DNA from: an uncultured Gammaproteobacteria bacterium
GTDB taxonomy: Bacteria > Patescibacteriota > Patescibacteriia > UBA1558 > 2-01-FULL-52-15
Length of the DNA: 64,000 nucleotides
NCBI GenBank assembly: GCA_964402565.1
Contig: CAYOCJ010000001.1
Location: 416,079 to 480,078, forward strand
Direction: 5' to 3'
The notes under the pieces were generated by a model. The model was not told the origin of the DNA. It searched no databases and saw only the letters and a list, made by a program, of their open reading frames with translations. Below, one piece after another: positions 8,271 to 19,694 of the stretch. Both the position numbers and the translations under genes were made by a program. Numbering within the stretch: position 1 is the stretch's first letter; every line of letters starts with the position of its first letter.

Positions 8271-8866
8271 ATATGAAAAAGAAAACGAAAATCCCACTCT
8301 ATACAACTGAAGTAGAACCTGAAGACTATACACCGTTTTCAATGGTGTTCGCCTCCGTTTGGAAAGCCTACGATGCAGGTGAAATCAATCCTGAAAAGCT
8401 ACTGCTTTTTCTCAACCTCTATCGAGGTGTGAACCCCCACAACGGGTATGGATTTACGAGTTATGCCGAGCTGTGCCTACGTCTCAAACGAAGGTCAACA
8501 AAACTGGACGAGAATGCAATGAATAAGCTCATGGTGTCATTGCGAGATGATAACCACCTTGTGTGGTTTCCCCAGCATAGCGGAAGCAGAGAGTTTCCTT
8601 ACGTTTTAGCAAAGTTCAAGTTGGCTCAAATAAACAGCAAGGACAAGGAGAAATGGATAGACATCAAGCAGTATTTTCAGAGCAAAAATCAGAGCATCAG
8701 CAGAGCTTATGAACCTTCTTTACCCAGCACTCCACCAGAACCTCCACCGAGGCAACCTATGTCAGAGCAGAGGTTAGAAAGGTCGAATGGTGAATCAATT
8801 ACAAGCATAAAAGAGGATTTGGATAGACGTTATGGCAGACCTCCCCAGACGAATACCGAGTCATAG
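8267..8866 (+). CDS. hypothetical protein (island cargo; Pro-rich acidic C-terminal tail)
   Basis: 199-aa ORF coupled to the upstream small ORF. No recognisable catalytic motif. Confidence 0.5.
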   Translation: MNMKKKTKIPLYTTEVEPEDYTPFSMVFASVWKAYDAGEINPEKLLLFLNLYRGVNPHNGYGFTSYAELCLRLKRRSTKLDENAMNKLMVSLRDDNHLVWFPQHSGSREFPYVLAKFKLAQINSKDKEKWIDIKQYFQSKNQSISRAYEPSLPSTPPEPPPRQPMSEQRLERSNGESITSIKEDLDRRYGRPPQTNTES

Positions 8867-8894
8867 ACATAGACAGATTCGATTATAAAAAATT

Positions 8895-9209
8895 ATGAAA
8901 TCGACTAATCGTTTCCAAATAAGTGAAAGGCATCCGAGCGAATATCCAATAAACAACAACGAAGATGCTCACTGTGTTGATATAGCTCTCGCACTCGGAG
9001 AATCGGATATGAGGTATATCCTTGCACGTCGGCAGCAACTTGGGATGCAGGCAATCAGTGAAGCATACTCGGTTGTGAAGGATGAGATTCGCAAAGGAAA
9101 ATGCCAGTCTCCTGGAAGGCTCTTCAACTACTTGCTTACTCAAAAACTCGAAGAAAAGAAAAAGTCTAAATCTCTGGGGTCAAGAGAACCGCCAATAGAC
9201 GATGGTTGA
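8895..9209 (+). CDS. hypothetical protein (island cargo)
   Basis: 104-aa ORF, no motifs recognised. Confidence 0.4.
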   Translation: MKSTNRFQISERHPSEYPINNNEDAHCVDIALALGESDMRYILARRQQLGMQAISEAYSVVKDEIRKGKCQSPGRLFNYLLTQKLEEKKKSKSLGSREPPIDDG

Positions 9210-9331
9210 CCCCATGTAAGTTATGTTCTTTGCACCTTGATAACTGGACTTGCCACAACCTGCCATAGTGCTATACTTATATTGCTACCTACAAGTTTGA
9301 ATATGTGCACGGGGTCTCTGCTTTTTTAGCT

Positions 9332-9395
9332 CCAATTGTGGGCGAAAAGGGGCAGTCGAGACCTCCGCAATTGGTTGCCTCGTGCAATTCAATCT
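9332..9395. promoter_or_regulatory. repeated CAATTG-type motifs / imperfect inverted repeat in the 260-bp intergenic region upstream of the recombinase gene pair
   Basis: ccaattgtgg (9332-9341) and ccgcaattgg (9365-9374) form a 10-bp imperfect inverted repeat. A third tgcaattcaat copy follows. This is a candidate operator or recombination site. Confidence 0.3.
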
Positions 9396-9469
9396 TGTGG
9401 GTAGCAGGCTCCTCGGCTGTCCCTTTTCGTGTTTATAAATAACCAGGGACGGGTCGGAGCGAATAAGTT

Positions 9470-9945
9470 ATGGCAACGCTACCACCCACATGCACGTCTC
9501 ACGGATACAAAGATAGCTCTGGAAAAACCCAGGTCGTGTTTAGTTCGGATTGCTACTATCCAGGAAGTAACTGCATCCTCACAAACGACCAGTGTGTCTC
9601 TACATTCAAAGAAACTGGTTGCAAGGGTGGAGATGGACAGTATGCGTGTGCGCAAGCCTATTACCTCAAGCAACAAAGCCAGGTAAAGCCACAAGCTCAA
9701 CCTGTGATAATTACAAATACTGGTCAAGAAAATGCGGAGTTGAAAACACAACTTCAAGAAATGCAGAAACAAATCGAGACGTTACAGTCAAAACAAGCTA
9801 CGGCTACCACAACGGTGCCGCCAGCCCAAACTACACCCCTATTTGAAAACCCAGTCGTTCCATATTCGATTTTGGGAATACTCATAGTAGGAATCGTGGT
9901 GTTGATGAAGATGAAAATCATTACAATCTCATCTAACAAACAACC

Positions 9946-9949
<4 letters not shown>
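9470..9949 (+). CDS. Cys-rich, coiled-coil, C-terminally membrane-anchored hypothetical protein, translationally coupled to the serine recombinase
   Basis: 159 aa with 8 Cys in the first 60 residues, a Q/T-rich coiled coil and a C-terminal TM helix (ILGILIVGIVVLM). The stop overlaps the recombinase ATG (ATGA). Confidence 0.5.
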
Positions 9950-11567
<1,618 letters not shown>

Positions 11568-11654
11568 ATAAAACAGAATTACGATACTATGAATAGTACT
11601 GAGCGTCAATTCAACAGCTACAAAAAATAGTAACATTGTGGTATAGTACGCTAT

Positions 11655-13262
11655 ATGCAAATTTCAGAAAGCATTAAGGATTTGTATTTGCGATTGATTG
11701 CTATACAGCGGGCATTATATGTGCCTGAGGACGTGACCATAAACAAGATCAACGTCGACGATATCGTCTCGAAACTCGCTGTTCTCTACGAACGGATGCG
11801 GAATACGATGGATTATCAGGAAGACCACTTGCTGCGCCGTTTTGCTATCGAGCGGAATATCAAGCGGCGCTTGGTCCTGGAAAGCTTGTCGCCCAAGATC
11901 GCTCAATCGCTGATCGAAGAATTGATACGCAGCGGCTACATGGCTAATAATAGCGTGCCCGAGACCATCGTCATGCCCGTGAGCAATGTGATCAATAAGT
12001 ATGTCTATCTCATTGAACTGGTGCAGGATGATATCACCGATATTTCCGAGCGCAGGAAGATCGTGAATTGGATCGCCGAGGTCATGGCATGCGAGATCGA
12101 TCTGTTGCTGGTGCCTGAGATCCGCGTTGATGCTTTGATCGAAAGCCTGTACTCGATCGTTCGCGACAGGATCAAGATGCGCGGTGCGAATTTAAGCGAG
12201 CGCGAAAAGAATATCCAGCTCTACATTACCCTTCACAAAGAACTGGTGAAGTCGGACAACCCCATCATCTCCTATCATTTGCTGAATTTGTATTTCCCTG
12301 ACTGGCAGCATGCAGATAAAGAGCTGACTGAATTTGTCGCAAGCAAGATCGCAAGCGTGTATTATGGCATTCAGAATCATCTGGATAATCCGATCCGGAC
12401 AAAAATAGCGAAAAGCCTTAAAAAACAGATCGTTGTTTTTAAAGTTCTGCGCGAGCTTATAGCGATGCATGAAAATGATCTGGTAAATTTATTCGGAAAC
12501 CCTGAATTACTGGAGTCTGAAGCGCGGAAAGTTATCGAGCGGAATTACAAGATGACCAGGCGCAAATTGAGAAACAGCTCTTTGCGCGCTATCTTATATA
12601 TTTTCATTACCAAGGTTGCCTTGGCATTCTTGCTGGAGTATCCATATGACAAGTATGTGATCGGCCATGTGAACCAAGTAGCGTTATCGATCAATGTCAT
12701 TGTACCTCCGTTACTCATGTTCTTCATCACCTTGTCGGCTCGGCTGCCAGGGGTAACGAATACGCGTTTGATCATGGCCGAGCTAAAAAATGTCGTCTAC
12801 GGTGATCCGGGCGATGAGATCCTCTGTGAATTGAATGTGAAGCGCAAGCAGGGCCCTGTCTATTTTTTCATCGAGTACCTGTTCTACATGCTGCTCTATG
12901 GCTTGATATTCGGCATCATCATTTACTGGCTGAGCCTCCTGAAATTCAATCTCTTATCCGGCGGCATTTTTATCTTCTTCGTGACTGCAGTGAGCTTCTT
13001 CGGAACTCGCATACGCCAGCTTACCAAGGAATACTCGGTTGAGAATAAGCGCGAGGGTCTGATCGGGCTTATTACCATCTTTTTCTCGCTGCCGATCATT
13101 CGTGCCGGCCATTGGCTGTCCGTGAATATGCGGCGCATTAACTTATTCGTTTTCGTCATGGATTTTATCATAGAGGCGCCATTCAAGCTTGTGGTCGAGA
13201 TCATCGAAAGCTGGTTCGTTTTCCTGCGTGAAAAAAAGGAAGATACCTACAAGACAAGCTAG
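11655..13262 (+). CDS. hypothetical polytopic membrane protein (soluble N-terminal ~300 aa + C-terminal multi-TM region)
   Basis: 535-aa ORF, no motif recognised. A TATAGT -10 lies just upstream. Confidence 0.6.
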   Translation: MQISESIKDLYLRLIAIQRALYVPEDVTINKINVDDIVSKLAVLYERMRNTMDYQEDHLLRRFAIERNIKRRLVLESLSPKIAQSLIEELIRSGYMANNSVPETIVMPVSNVINKYVYLIELVQDDITDISERRKIVNWIAEVMACEIDLLLVPEIRVDALIESLYSIVRDRIKMRGANLSEREKNIQLYITLHKELVKSDNPIISYHLLNLYFPDWQHADKELTEFVASKIASVYYGIQNHLDNPIRTKIAKSLKKQIVVFKVLRELIAMHENDLVNLFGNPELLESEARKVIERNYKMTRRKLRNSSLRAILYIFITKVALAFLLEYPYDKYVIGHVNQVALSINVIVPPLLMFFITLSARLPGVTNTRLIMAELKNVVYGDPGDEILCELNVKRKQGPVYFFIEYLFYMLLYGLIFGIIIYWLSLLKFNLLSGGIFIFFVTAVSFFGTRIRQLTKEYSVENKREGLIGLITIFFSLPIIRAGHWLSVNMRRINLFVFVMDFIIEAPFKLVVEIIESWFVFLREKKEDTYKTS

Positions 13263-13263
13263 T

Positions 13264-14253
13264 ATGTTCAAAAAGAATACCATCACCACTATCGGCAGTA
13301 CTATGCGAGATGTATTCATCTATACTGACGCCGGCGTCGTGATCCCCAATACCGGCGATATGCTTCGGGCCGAATGGGTCGCATTCGAGCGGGCAGCAAA
13401 GCTCGACGTAAAAAAAATGGTTACGGCCTATGGCGGCGGCGCAGCAAACACCGCTGTAGCTTTTGCACGTTTCGGTTTGAAACCGTCAATTCTCACTGCT
13501 GTAGGCGACGATGCGGCAGGGCTGGATGCCATGATGCACTTGCGAAGAGAAGGGGTTTCATTGTCGCATGTGCAACATGTGAAACGTGCGCAAACAGGAA
13601 CGTCGATAATCCTGAATATTTCAGAACAGATGAGCCAAGTGGCTTTAGTTCATCGTGGTGCGTCTGCATCACTGCATATAAGCCAAGCAGTAGTGAAAGG
13701 CGTTAATTCACAATGGATATACCTCAGCGCACTTGGGGGTGCCTGGAAGCAGCCTCTGGAAGCGATAATGCATCGCGTCAAGCTAAAACGAATGAAGCTT
13801 GCCTGGAATCCAGGAGCAGAGCAAATTGCTGCAGGCCTCAGAGTTTTATCGGCTGCAATGCAACATACTGAAATTTTTTTGGTAAATCATGACGAAGCCT
13901 TGGAACTTGCTAAAGGCGCACATCTGGTTAAAGGGCCAACATCGGCCAGAACGCTTGCCCGCATGCTGAGTAGATATGGAGCGCATGCGACGGTGGTGAC
14001 GGATGGCCATAAAGGTGCGTATTTGCATATGGATAAGCGTACCTGGTATCAGCCTGCCAAGCTTGGAAAGACGGTGAATAAGACCGGCGCAGGCGATGCT
14101 TTTGGATCAGGGCTGGTCGCTGGCGTGATCCGCTTCAATGACATGAAGCGTGCCCTTAAACTAGCTGCGTATAACAGCCATTCAGTAGTAGGCAGCATCG
14201 GGGCAGAGACAGGGCTTTTGCATGTTCGAGATATACAACGTTTAAAAATATAA
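13264..14253 (+). CDS. PfkB/ribokinase-family carbohydrate (or nucleoside) kinase
   Basis: GGGAANTAVAFARFG N-terminal motif and TGAGDAFGSG anion-hole motif. Start chosen at the ATG at 13264 after the upstream stop. Confidence 0.8.
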   Translation: MFKKNTITTIGSTMRDVFIYTDAGVVIPNTGDMLRAEWVAFERAAKLDVKKMVTAYGGGAANTAVAFARFGLKPSILTAVGDDAAGLDAMMHLRREGVSLSHVQHVKRAQTGTSIILNISEQMSQVALVHRGASASLHISQAVVKGVNSQWIYLSALGGAWKQPLEAIMHRVKLKRMKLAWNPGAEQIAAGLRVLSAAMQHTEIFLVNHDEALELAKGAHLVKGPTSARTLARMLSRYGAHATVVTDGHKGAYLHMDKRTWYQPAKLGKTVNKTGAGDAFGSGLVAGVIRFNDMKRALKLAAYNSHSVVGSIGAETGLLHVRDIQRLKI

Positions 14254-16256
14254 TGGATTTAAAAAAACTATTTGAACCGAAGGCTATCGCCGTTATCGGC
14301 GCGTCTCGGGATAAAAAAAAGGTTGGCGGCAGTATTGTTGCGAACCTGCGAGACGGCAGGTTTACCGGCCGCGTATATCCGGTAAATCCAAAGTCGAAGA
14401 CAGTTCAGGGTCTAGCATCCTTCGCATCCGTTGAGGATATCCAGGGCGCGATAGATCTGGCTGTCATTGCCGTACCTGCGCCTATAGTTGCTGCAGTGCT
14501 GGCCAGTTGCGGAAAAAAGAAAATTCCTTTTGTGATCATCGTGACTGCCGGTTTTGGAGAAACAGGCACGGAAGGAAAAGCAGAGGAACGGCGTCTTGCA
14601 TCCATCGCAAAGAAATACCATATTACCATTGTCGGTCCGAATTGCCTCGGCATCATTGCGACAGGTTCGCGATTGAACGCGTCTTTCGCAGGACGAATGC
14701 CTCACTCTGGCGGCATCTCATGCATTTCGCAAAGCGGAGCTTTGTTAGTAAGCTTGATGGATTGGTCGCAGATGCGATCGCTTGGCATGCGGGATCTCAT
14801 AAGTATTGGAAACCAGGCTGGATTGTCTGAGATCGAAGTGCTTGATTACCTGGCTCATGACTCTGCTACTACGGTTGTGGGCATGTATATTGAGCAGATC
14901 AGCAATGGACCAGCATTCATGGCTGCGGTGGCTCGCTGTACGCGGAAGAAACCGGTTATTATTCTGAAGGCCGGAGTATCTGAAGCAGGCACGAAAGCCG
15001 TTTCTTCGCATACGGGAAGTCTTGCAGGCTCAGCTCGCGTGATGAGCGCGATGATCGAGCAGTCAGGTGCGATCCAAGCGTATGATGTAGAAGATTTCTT
15101 CAAACTATTGCAGTTATTCTCATACGGGCATGCGAATCATTCGCTTTCAACTGCTATTGTGACGAATGCAGGAGGTCCCGGAATCATAGCAACTGATCTT
15201 TTGAGCAGCACGAATCTGCATGTGTCGTCTTTTTCGGAAAGAACACTTGGTCGCTTGAAGCGGGCTTTGCCATCGAACGCATCAGTGCATAATCCTGTAG
15301 ATCTGGTTGGGGATGCTGATCTTGACCGATTCAAGAAAGTCTTTCGAATTCTGGAAGATGACGAATGCGGCATCATTTTCGTCATTGTGACACCGCAGCG
15401 AATGACGCCGGTCATGGACATTGCACGCTCTGTAGCATCATTTCAAAAAAGATCGAAGAAACAAATTATTGCATGCTTCATCGGCGGGACTATGGTTGCA
15501 AAAGCGAATGCATATCTGACGGAGCAAGGCGTCATGAATTTTAAGTACCCGCAAGACGCATTGCGCATACTTGCAGCAAGCAAAGGCAATGCAGGCACAT
15601 TCAAAAAAAACCAGTCGCGGGCAGTTTCCCATGCTGATGGCGATATGCACATGATGCCGTATGCACGTTTGCAAAGACTTCTGAAGAAGAAATTTCCTAT
15701 ACTTTCCGGCCGTATCATAACGAATGCTAAAGCTTTGCCGAAGAATGGGTATCCGGTAGCAATAAAGGTCCTTTCCTCGAAGGCCATTCATAAAGCTCGG
15801 TCTCAGGCGATTGCGTTGCATGTCCCGAGCCGTGAACGCGCTGCCACCGTCGTAAACCAATTTATAAAAAAATTCAAAGGCAAGGGCTTTGAAGGCATAC
15901 TTGTGCAGCCGATGGTTGATGAAGGCAAAGAATTTATAATGGGCTTTACTCGCGATTCGGTTGCGGGATTGACCTTGCTTTTCGGGATAGGAGGAACGCT
16001 GACCGAAGAACTAGGCGACACGATTTTGCATATTGGGCCTATCAAGAACGCGAAGGAGATAGGTGTCATGACGCGCAAACTTCGCCATGCGGAAGTTCTG
16101 CAAGGCGTTGATATGAAATTTATTACAGGACTAGTGAAAAAACTTTCCGATTTTGCAACATCGCATACTGACATTCAGTCGTTGGATTTTAATCCGGTGA
16201 GAGTATATGCCAAAGGAGGGGTAATCGTAGATGCACGTATCGTCATCAAAAAATAA
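14253..16256 (+). CDS. acetate--CoA ligase (ADP-forming) / NDP-forming acyl-CoA synthetase, fused alpha-beta
   Basis: CoA-binding Rossmann N-terminus (AVIGAS...VYPVNP), succinyl-CoA-synthetase-like domain and ATP-grasp C-terminal. 667 aa. Confidence 0.85.
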   Translation: MDLKKLFEPKAIAVIGASRDKKKVGGSIVANLRDGRFTGRVYPVNPKSKTVQGLASFASVEDIQGAIDLAVIAVPAPIVAAVLASCGKKKIPFVIIVTAGFGETGTEGKAEERRLASIAKKYHITIVGPNCLGIIATGSRLNASFAGRMPHSGGISCISQSGALLVSLMDWSQMRSLGMRDLISIGNQAGLSEIEVLDYLAHDSATTVVGMYIEQISNGPAFMAAVARCTRKKPVIILKAGVSEAGTKAVSSHTGSLAGSARVMSAMIEQSGAIQAYDVEDFFKLLQLFSYGHANHSLSTAIVTNAGGPGIIATDLLSSTNLHVSSFSERTLGRLKRALPSNASVHNPVDLVGDADLDRFKKVFRILEDDECGIIFVIVTPQRMTPVMDIARSVASFQKRSKKQIIACFIGGTMVAKANAYLTEQGVMNFKYPQDALRILAASKGNAGTFKKNQSRAVSHADGDMHMMPYARLQRLLKKKFPILSGRIITNAKALPKNGYPVAIKVLSSKAIHKARSQAIALHVPSRERAATVVNQFIKKFKGKGFEGILVQPMVDEGKEFIMGFTRDSVAGLTLLFGIGGTLTEELGDTILHIGPIKNAKEIGVMTRKLRHAEVLQGVDMKFITGLVKKLSDFATSHTDIQSLDFNPVRVYAKGGVIVDARIVIKK

Positions 16257-16287
16257 TCACCTTCGTCTGGGCGCGATCAAGTTTCTG

Positions 16288-16719
16288 ATGCTTGGTATGT
16301 TTCTGGTACCCGTTTTCTCTGCGATGGCGCAGGCAACAACAACACAGGATACATTGGATGCTGCGAAAGAGATCCTGGCAGCTCAGCAGCGAGTCACAGA
16401 GGCGCGGCAGGCTTTGGAAGCCGCAACTGCTCTCGCAACTGTTGACCAGAGCACAAAGCCGGAGAATATTTTCTCACTTTCAAACCCGAGTCTTTGGATA
16501 CTGGTAGCCATTTTGCTTGGCGTCCTGTTATTATTGCTTGCGATTCGCAGATCTATCCTCGAATCGTCCACCTATTTGGTAACAAGTCCGGTTCGTACTG
16601 TGCATCCTTCGCAAACTCAAAAAGTGAGCGATGCGGGTGCGCCGGATAAGGCACTTGTATATCCTGTAAAAGTTGTTAAAATAAAGGTACGTAAATTAAC
16701 GAAAACACATAGGGCCTAG
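16288..16719 (+). CDS. hypothetical secreted/membrane protein (signal peptide + central TM)
   Basis: Start placed at MLGMFLVPVFSAMA (signal-like). The ORF-track start 16231 overlaps the upstream gene. Confidence 0.5.
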   Translation: MLGMFLVPVFSAMAQATTTQDTLDAAKEILAAQQRVTEARQALEAATALATVDQSTKPENIFSLSNPSLWILVAILLGVLLLLLAIRRSILESSTYLVTSPVRTVHPSQTQKVSDAGAPDKALVYPVKVVKIKVRKLTKTHRA

Positions 16720-16720
16720 C

Positions 16721-17998
16721 ATGAAGCGTTTACCTTCACATTCTATCACTGATAACAGCGGCTTTACGTTGCTGGAGTTATTGATAGTTGTTGCGATTAT
16801 TGGCTTTCTATCGAGTGTTTCAATCGTTGCTCTAGGCACTTCACGGATCAAAAGCAGAGATACGCAGCGTAAATTTGATCAGCTCACGGTTTTGAAGGCC
16901 GCTGAGCTGTATACGAATGATTTTGGCGCACCGCCGACTCAGCTGTGCGTGGATAATAATCTAAATGATTCCAATCCTTGCAGTGCGAGCGGCGCTTTTT
17001 TGAACAGCTCACATGAAGATCTCATCCAGGGCAGTTCGCATGATGGGCTTTTTTCTACACCAAAGGCCTATGCGCAGATTTGTGCCCATCCGCCATGTGG
17101 CGGAAGGCCGGGCGAAGTTTTGGAGGTGTGCCAATGCGGATCAGACTCGATAACATCCGCGTGTCAGGGAGTTTGTTCAGGCGGAGGACCTCCGCCGCCA
17201 CCGCCACCATCAGGACCGTATTGCGGGGACGATATATGCAATAATTTCGAAACCTACGGAACTTGTCCGAGTGATTGTACTAGTTGTAATAATAATAATG
17301 TTTGCGATGCAGGCGAGTCTCCGGCTTGCGGTGATTGTACGTGCAATGGTAATGGCATTTGCGAAGTGGCGAGAAATGAACGTTTATCGAATTGCAGCGA
17401 CTGCTCTCTGGGTAGTAGCGCAAATCCGCCCGCAACGTGCGGGAATGGAGTTTGTAATGCCGGCGAGACATATTATAACTGTAATGTGGGAGGCGTACAT
17501 GACTGCCTGGCGATCATGTGCAAGGACGCCAATGGAGTAGTTGATTCTTGCTGTGCAACGGGTACGAATTGTCCTGCTGGATATGTCGCGGGCGAAGGAT
17601 ACTATGGAGTATGCAATTACGACCGCTGTGAGCAAAAATATTTATTGCAGCCCCCGGCCTTTATCTGTTCTGCGAACGCTGACTGTGCTCCGGGAGCGTC
17701 GGCTGGCGTTACTACTCCGCAGCAAAAATTCGTCTCAAATCAATCGACCAACTGGCTGAAAGGACTTGAGCCATATATGGTATCGCGTCCGGTCGATCCG
17801 GGAGGACATGCTGATCCCAGATATAATGTGTACTATTGCAGCTCGCACCCAGATGTAGTCAAGGGCCATGCATTCTGCTGCTGGGTATCGCTAGAGCGCG
17901 AACAGGACAATTTCAATCCCTACAATGATATTGTAGATGCTCCGACGGGGAGCACCAGTGGAGAACTCGCGAAGTGGACTCCATTGTGCAAGCAATAA
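16721..17998 (+). CDS. type IV pilin-like protein with large Cys-rich-repeat C-terminal domain (candidate minor pilin/adhesin)
   Basis: Prepilin N-terminus G-FTLLELLIVVAIIG. A PPPPPPP linker is followed by at least four CxDxxCxxxE...CxxDC repeats resembling the Myxococcus-type cysteine-rich repeat. 40+ Cys overall. Confidence 0.8.
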   Translation: MKRLPSHSITDNSGFTLLELLIVVAIIGFLSSVSIVALGTSRIKSRDTQRKFDQLTVLKAAELYTNDFGAPPTQLCVDNNLNDSNPCSASGAFLNSSHEDLIQGSSHDGLFSTPKAYAQICAHPPCGGRPGEVLEVCQCGSDSITSACQGVCSGGGPPPPPPPSGPYCGDDICNNFETYGTCPSDCTSCNNNNVCDAGESPACGDCTCNGNGICEVARNERLSNCSDCSLGSSANPPATCGNGVCNAGETYYNCNVGGVHDCLAIMCKDANGVVDSCCATGTNCPAGYVAGEGYYGVCNYDRCEQKYLLQPPAFICSANADCAPGASAGVTTPQQKFVSNQSTNWLKGLEPYMVSRPVDPGGHADPRYNVYYCSSHPDVVKGHAFCCWVSLEREQDNFNPYNDIVDAPTGSTSGELAKWTPLCKQ

Positions 17999-18002
17999 TC
18001 TC

Positions 18003-19694
18003 ATGAAGCAGTTTTCAGTAAGACCTGCGGCACCGCAGGATTATATTCGGGAGTTCCCAGAATATTCTCCGGTGATCGTTCAGCTATTGTATAACCGGCA
18101 TTTGCAGGGCCAGGTTGCTGTCGATTCGTTCCTTGATCCCCAGTATCACGCATTGCATGACCCTTTTTTATTTCGAGATATGAAAAAGGCTTGTGCACGG
18201 GTCTACCAGGCGATACGTGATCATGAATGCATAGCTATTCATGGAGACTATGATGCAGACGGTGTGTCGGCATCTGCAATTTTGCAAAATACACTTGAAA
18301 AACTAGGGGCAAAAACCATTGTTTTTCTGCCGCATCGCGACAAGGATGGCTATGGGCTTAATCTAAAGACCGTAGATTATCTACATTCACAGACTGCGAA
18401 GCTGATCATTACCTGCGACTGCGGTATTAGTAATGCGCCTGAGATCGCTTATGCGAAAACATTAGGCCTCGACACCATTGTTACTGACCACCACCAGATA
18501 CCGGAGAAGATACCTGAGGCGGTTGCCATCATTCACCCGAAAGTAGCTGGCGAGGCCTATCCATTTAAATTGCTTGCCGGAGGAGGAGTGGCGTTCAAGC
18601 TTGCGCAAGGACTGCTGAAGAGCGAAGAATGCACATTGCTTGCAGATGAACGCGAAGCATTTGAAAAGTGGCTGCTCGATCTGGTGTCTATTTCAACCGT
18701 GGCCGATATGGTTGAATTGACCGGTGAAAATAGAATTTTAGTGAAGTATGGACTTTTCGTGATGTCAAAAAACAAGCGCCTTGGCCTGCAAAAGATGTTT
18801 TTACAGGCTCATATTGATCCGGACCATATCAGTACGCAGACCATTTCGTTTCAAATAGCACCGCGCATCAATGCGGCCGGACGCATGGATCATGCGAATG
18901 CCGCGCTTGTGCTGCTGCGTTCATCGAATCCGGCTGAGGCAGCAGAGTTAGCGCAGCTGCTTGAACAGCAAAATAAAGAAAGGCAGCGCGTCACTGACGG
19001 CATGTATCGGGAAGCCCTCGAGATGATGCAGGAGCAGGATCCGAATATGTTGATATTTTTCAATAAGAACTGGTCTGCAGGCCTGACCGGGCTGGTGGCC
19101 GGTAAATTATCAAAGGAGTTTGATAAACCGGTATTTGTGATGGGATATGACGGAGAGCGCATCGCAGGCTCGGGCAGAAGTCCTGACAGCATTTCTATCA
19201 TGGATGCGGTAAACACGGTTAAGCATCTGATGATGAGTTTTGGCGGACATCCGCAGGCATGCGGATTTCGTTTTTCAGAAGACAATTACAGCAACATTAG
19301 AGATGGTTTAGTTTCGTATTTTAAGACTCTGCCAAAAAGCGCCCCTGCAAGCATACAGTGGGCAGATGCTGAGATACGTTTTTCACAAATCACGTGGGAG
19401 CTTGCTGATCTTTTGCAGCACTTCGAACCTTTTGGGCAGGGAAATCCTGAGCCCTTGTTCCTGGTATCAGGCGTTATGATAAAAGATGTCAAACATGTTG
19501 GAAAAAAGTTGAACCATTTAAAAATGGTACTGATGCAGGATGACAAGACGATGCCGGCTATCGCTTTTGGAGTGCAGGATGCGTCATTAACAAGCGGCTC
19601 GCTTATCGATATCCTTTGTTCAGTGTCTATCAACCAGTGGAATGGAAATCGTGAACTGCAGCTGCAAGTGCAGCATATCAAGCCGCTCCGATGA
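18003..19694 (+). CDS. recJ: single-stranded-DNA-specific exonuclease RecJ
   Basis: DHH family motifs IAIHGDYDADG and VTDHHQIP, plus a DHHA1 region. Start at the ATG at 18003 avoids overlap with the upstream gene. Confidence 0.85.
   Translation: MKQFSVRPAAPQDYIREFPEYSPVIVQLLYNRHLQGQVAVDSFLDPQYHALHDPFLFRDMKKACARVYQAIRDHECIAIHGDYDADGVSASAILQNTLEKLGAKTIVFLPHRDKDGYGLNLKTVDYLHSQTAKLIITCDCGISNAPEIAYAKTLGLDTIVTDHHQIPEKIPEAVAIIHPKVAGEAYPFKLLAGGGVAFKLAQGLLKSEECTLLADEREAFEKWLLDLVSISTVADMVELTGENRILVKYGLFVMSKNKRLGLQKMFLQAHIDPDHISTQTISFQIAPRINAAGRMDHANAALVLLRSSNPAEAAELAQLLEQQNKERQRVTDGMYREALEMMQEQDPNMLIFFNKNWSAGLTGLVAGKLSKEFDKPVFVMGYDGERIAGSGRSPDSISIMDAVNTVKHLMMSFGGHPQACGFRFSEDNYSNIRDGLVSYFKTLPKSAPASIQWADAEIRFSQITWELADLLQHFEPFGQGNPEPLFLVSGVMIKDVKHVGKKLNHLKMVLMQDDKTMPAIAFGVQDASLTSGSLIDILCSVSINQWNGNRELQLQVQHIKPLR

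Noticed and set aside
14405-16174. Several 80-140-aa minus-strand ORFs inside the acetyl-CoA synthetase gene.
   Set aside because: They are GC-rich antisense frames of a 667-aa CDS with clear domain content.
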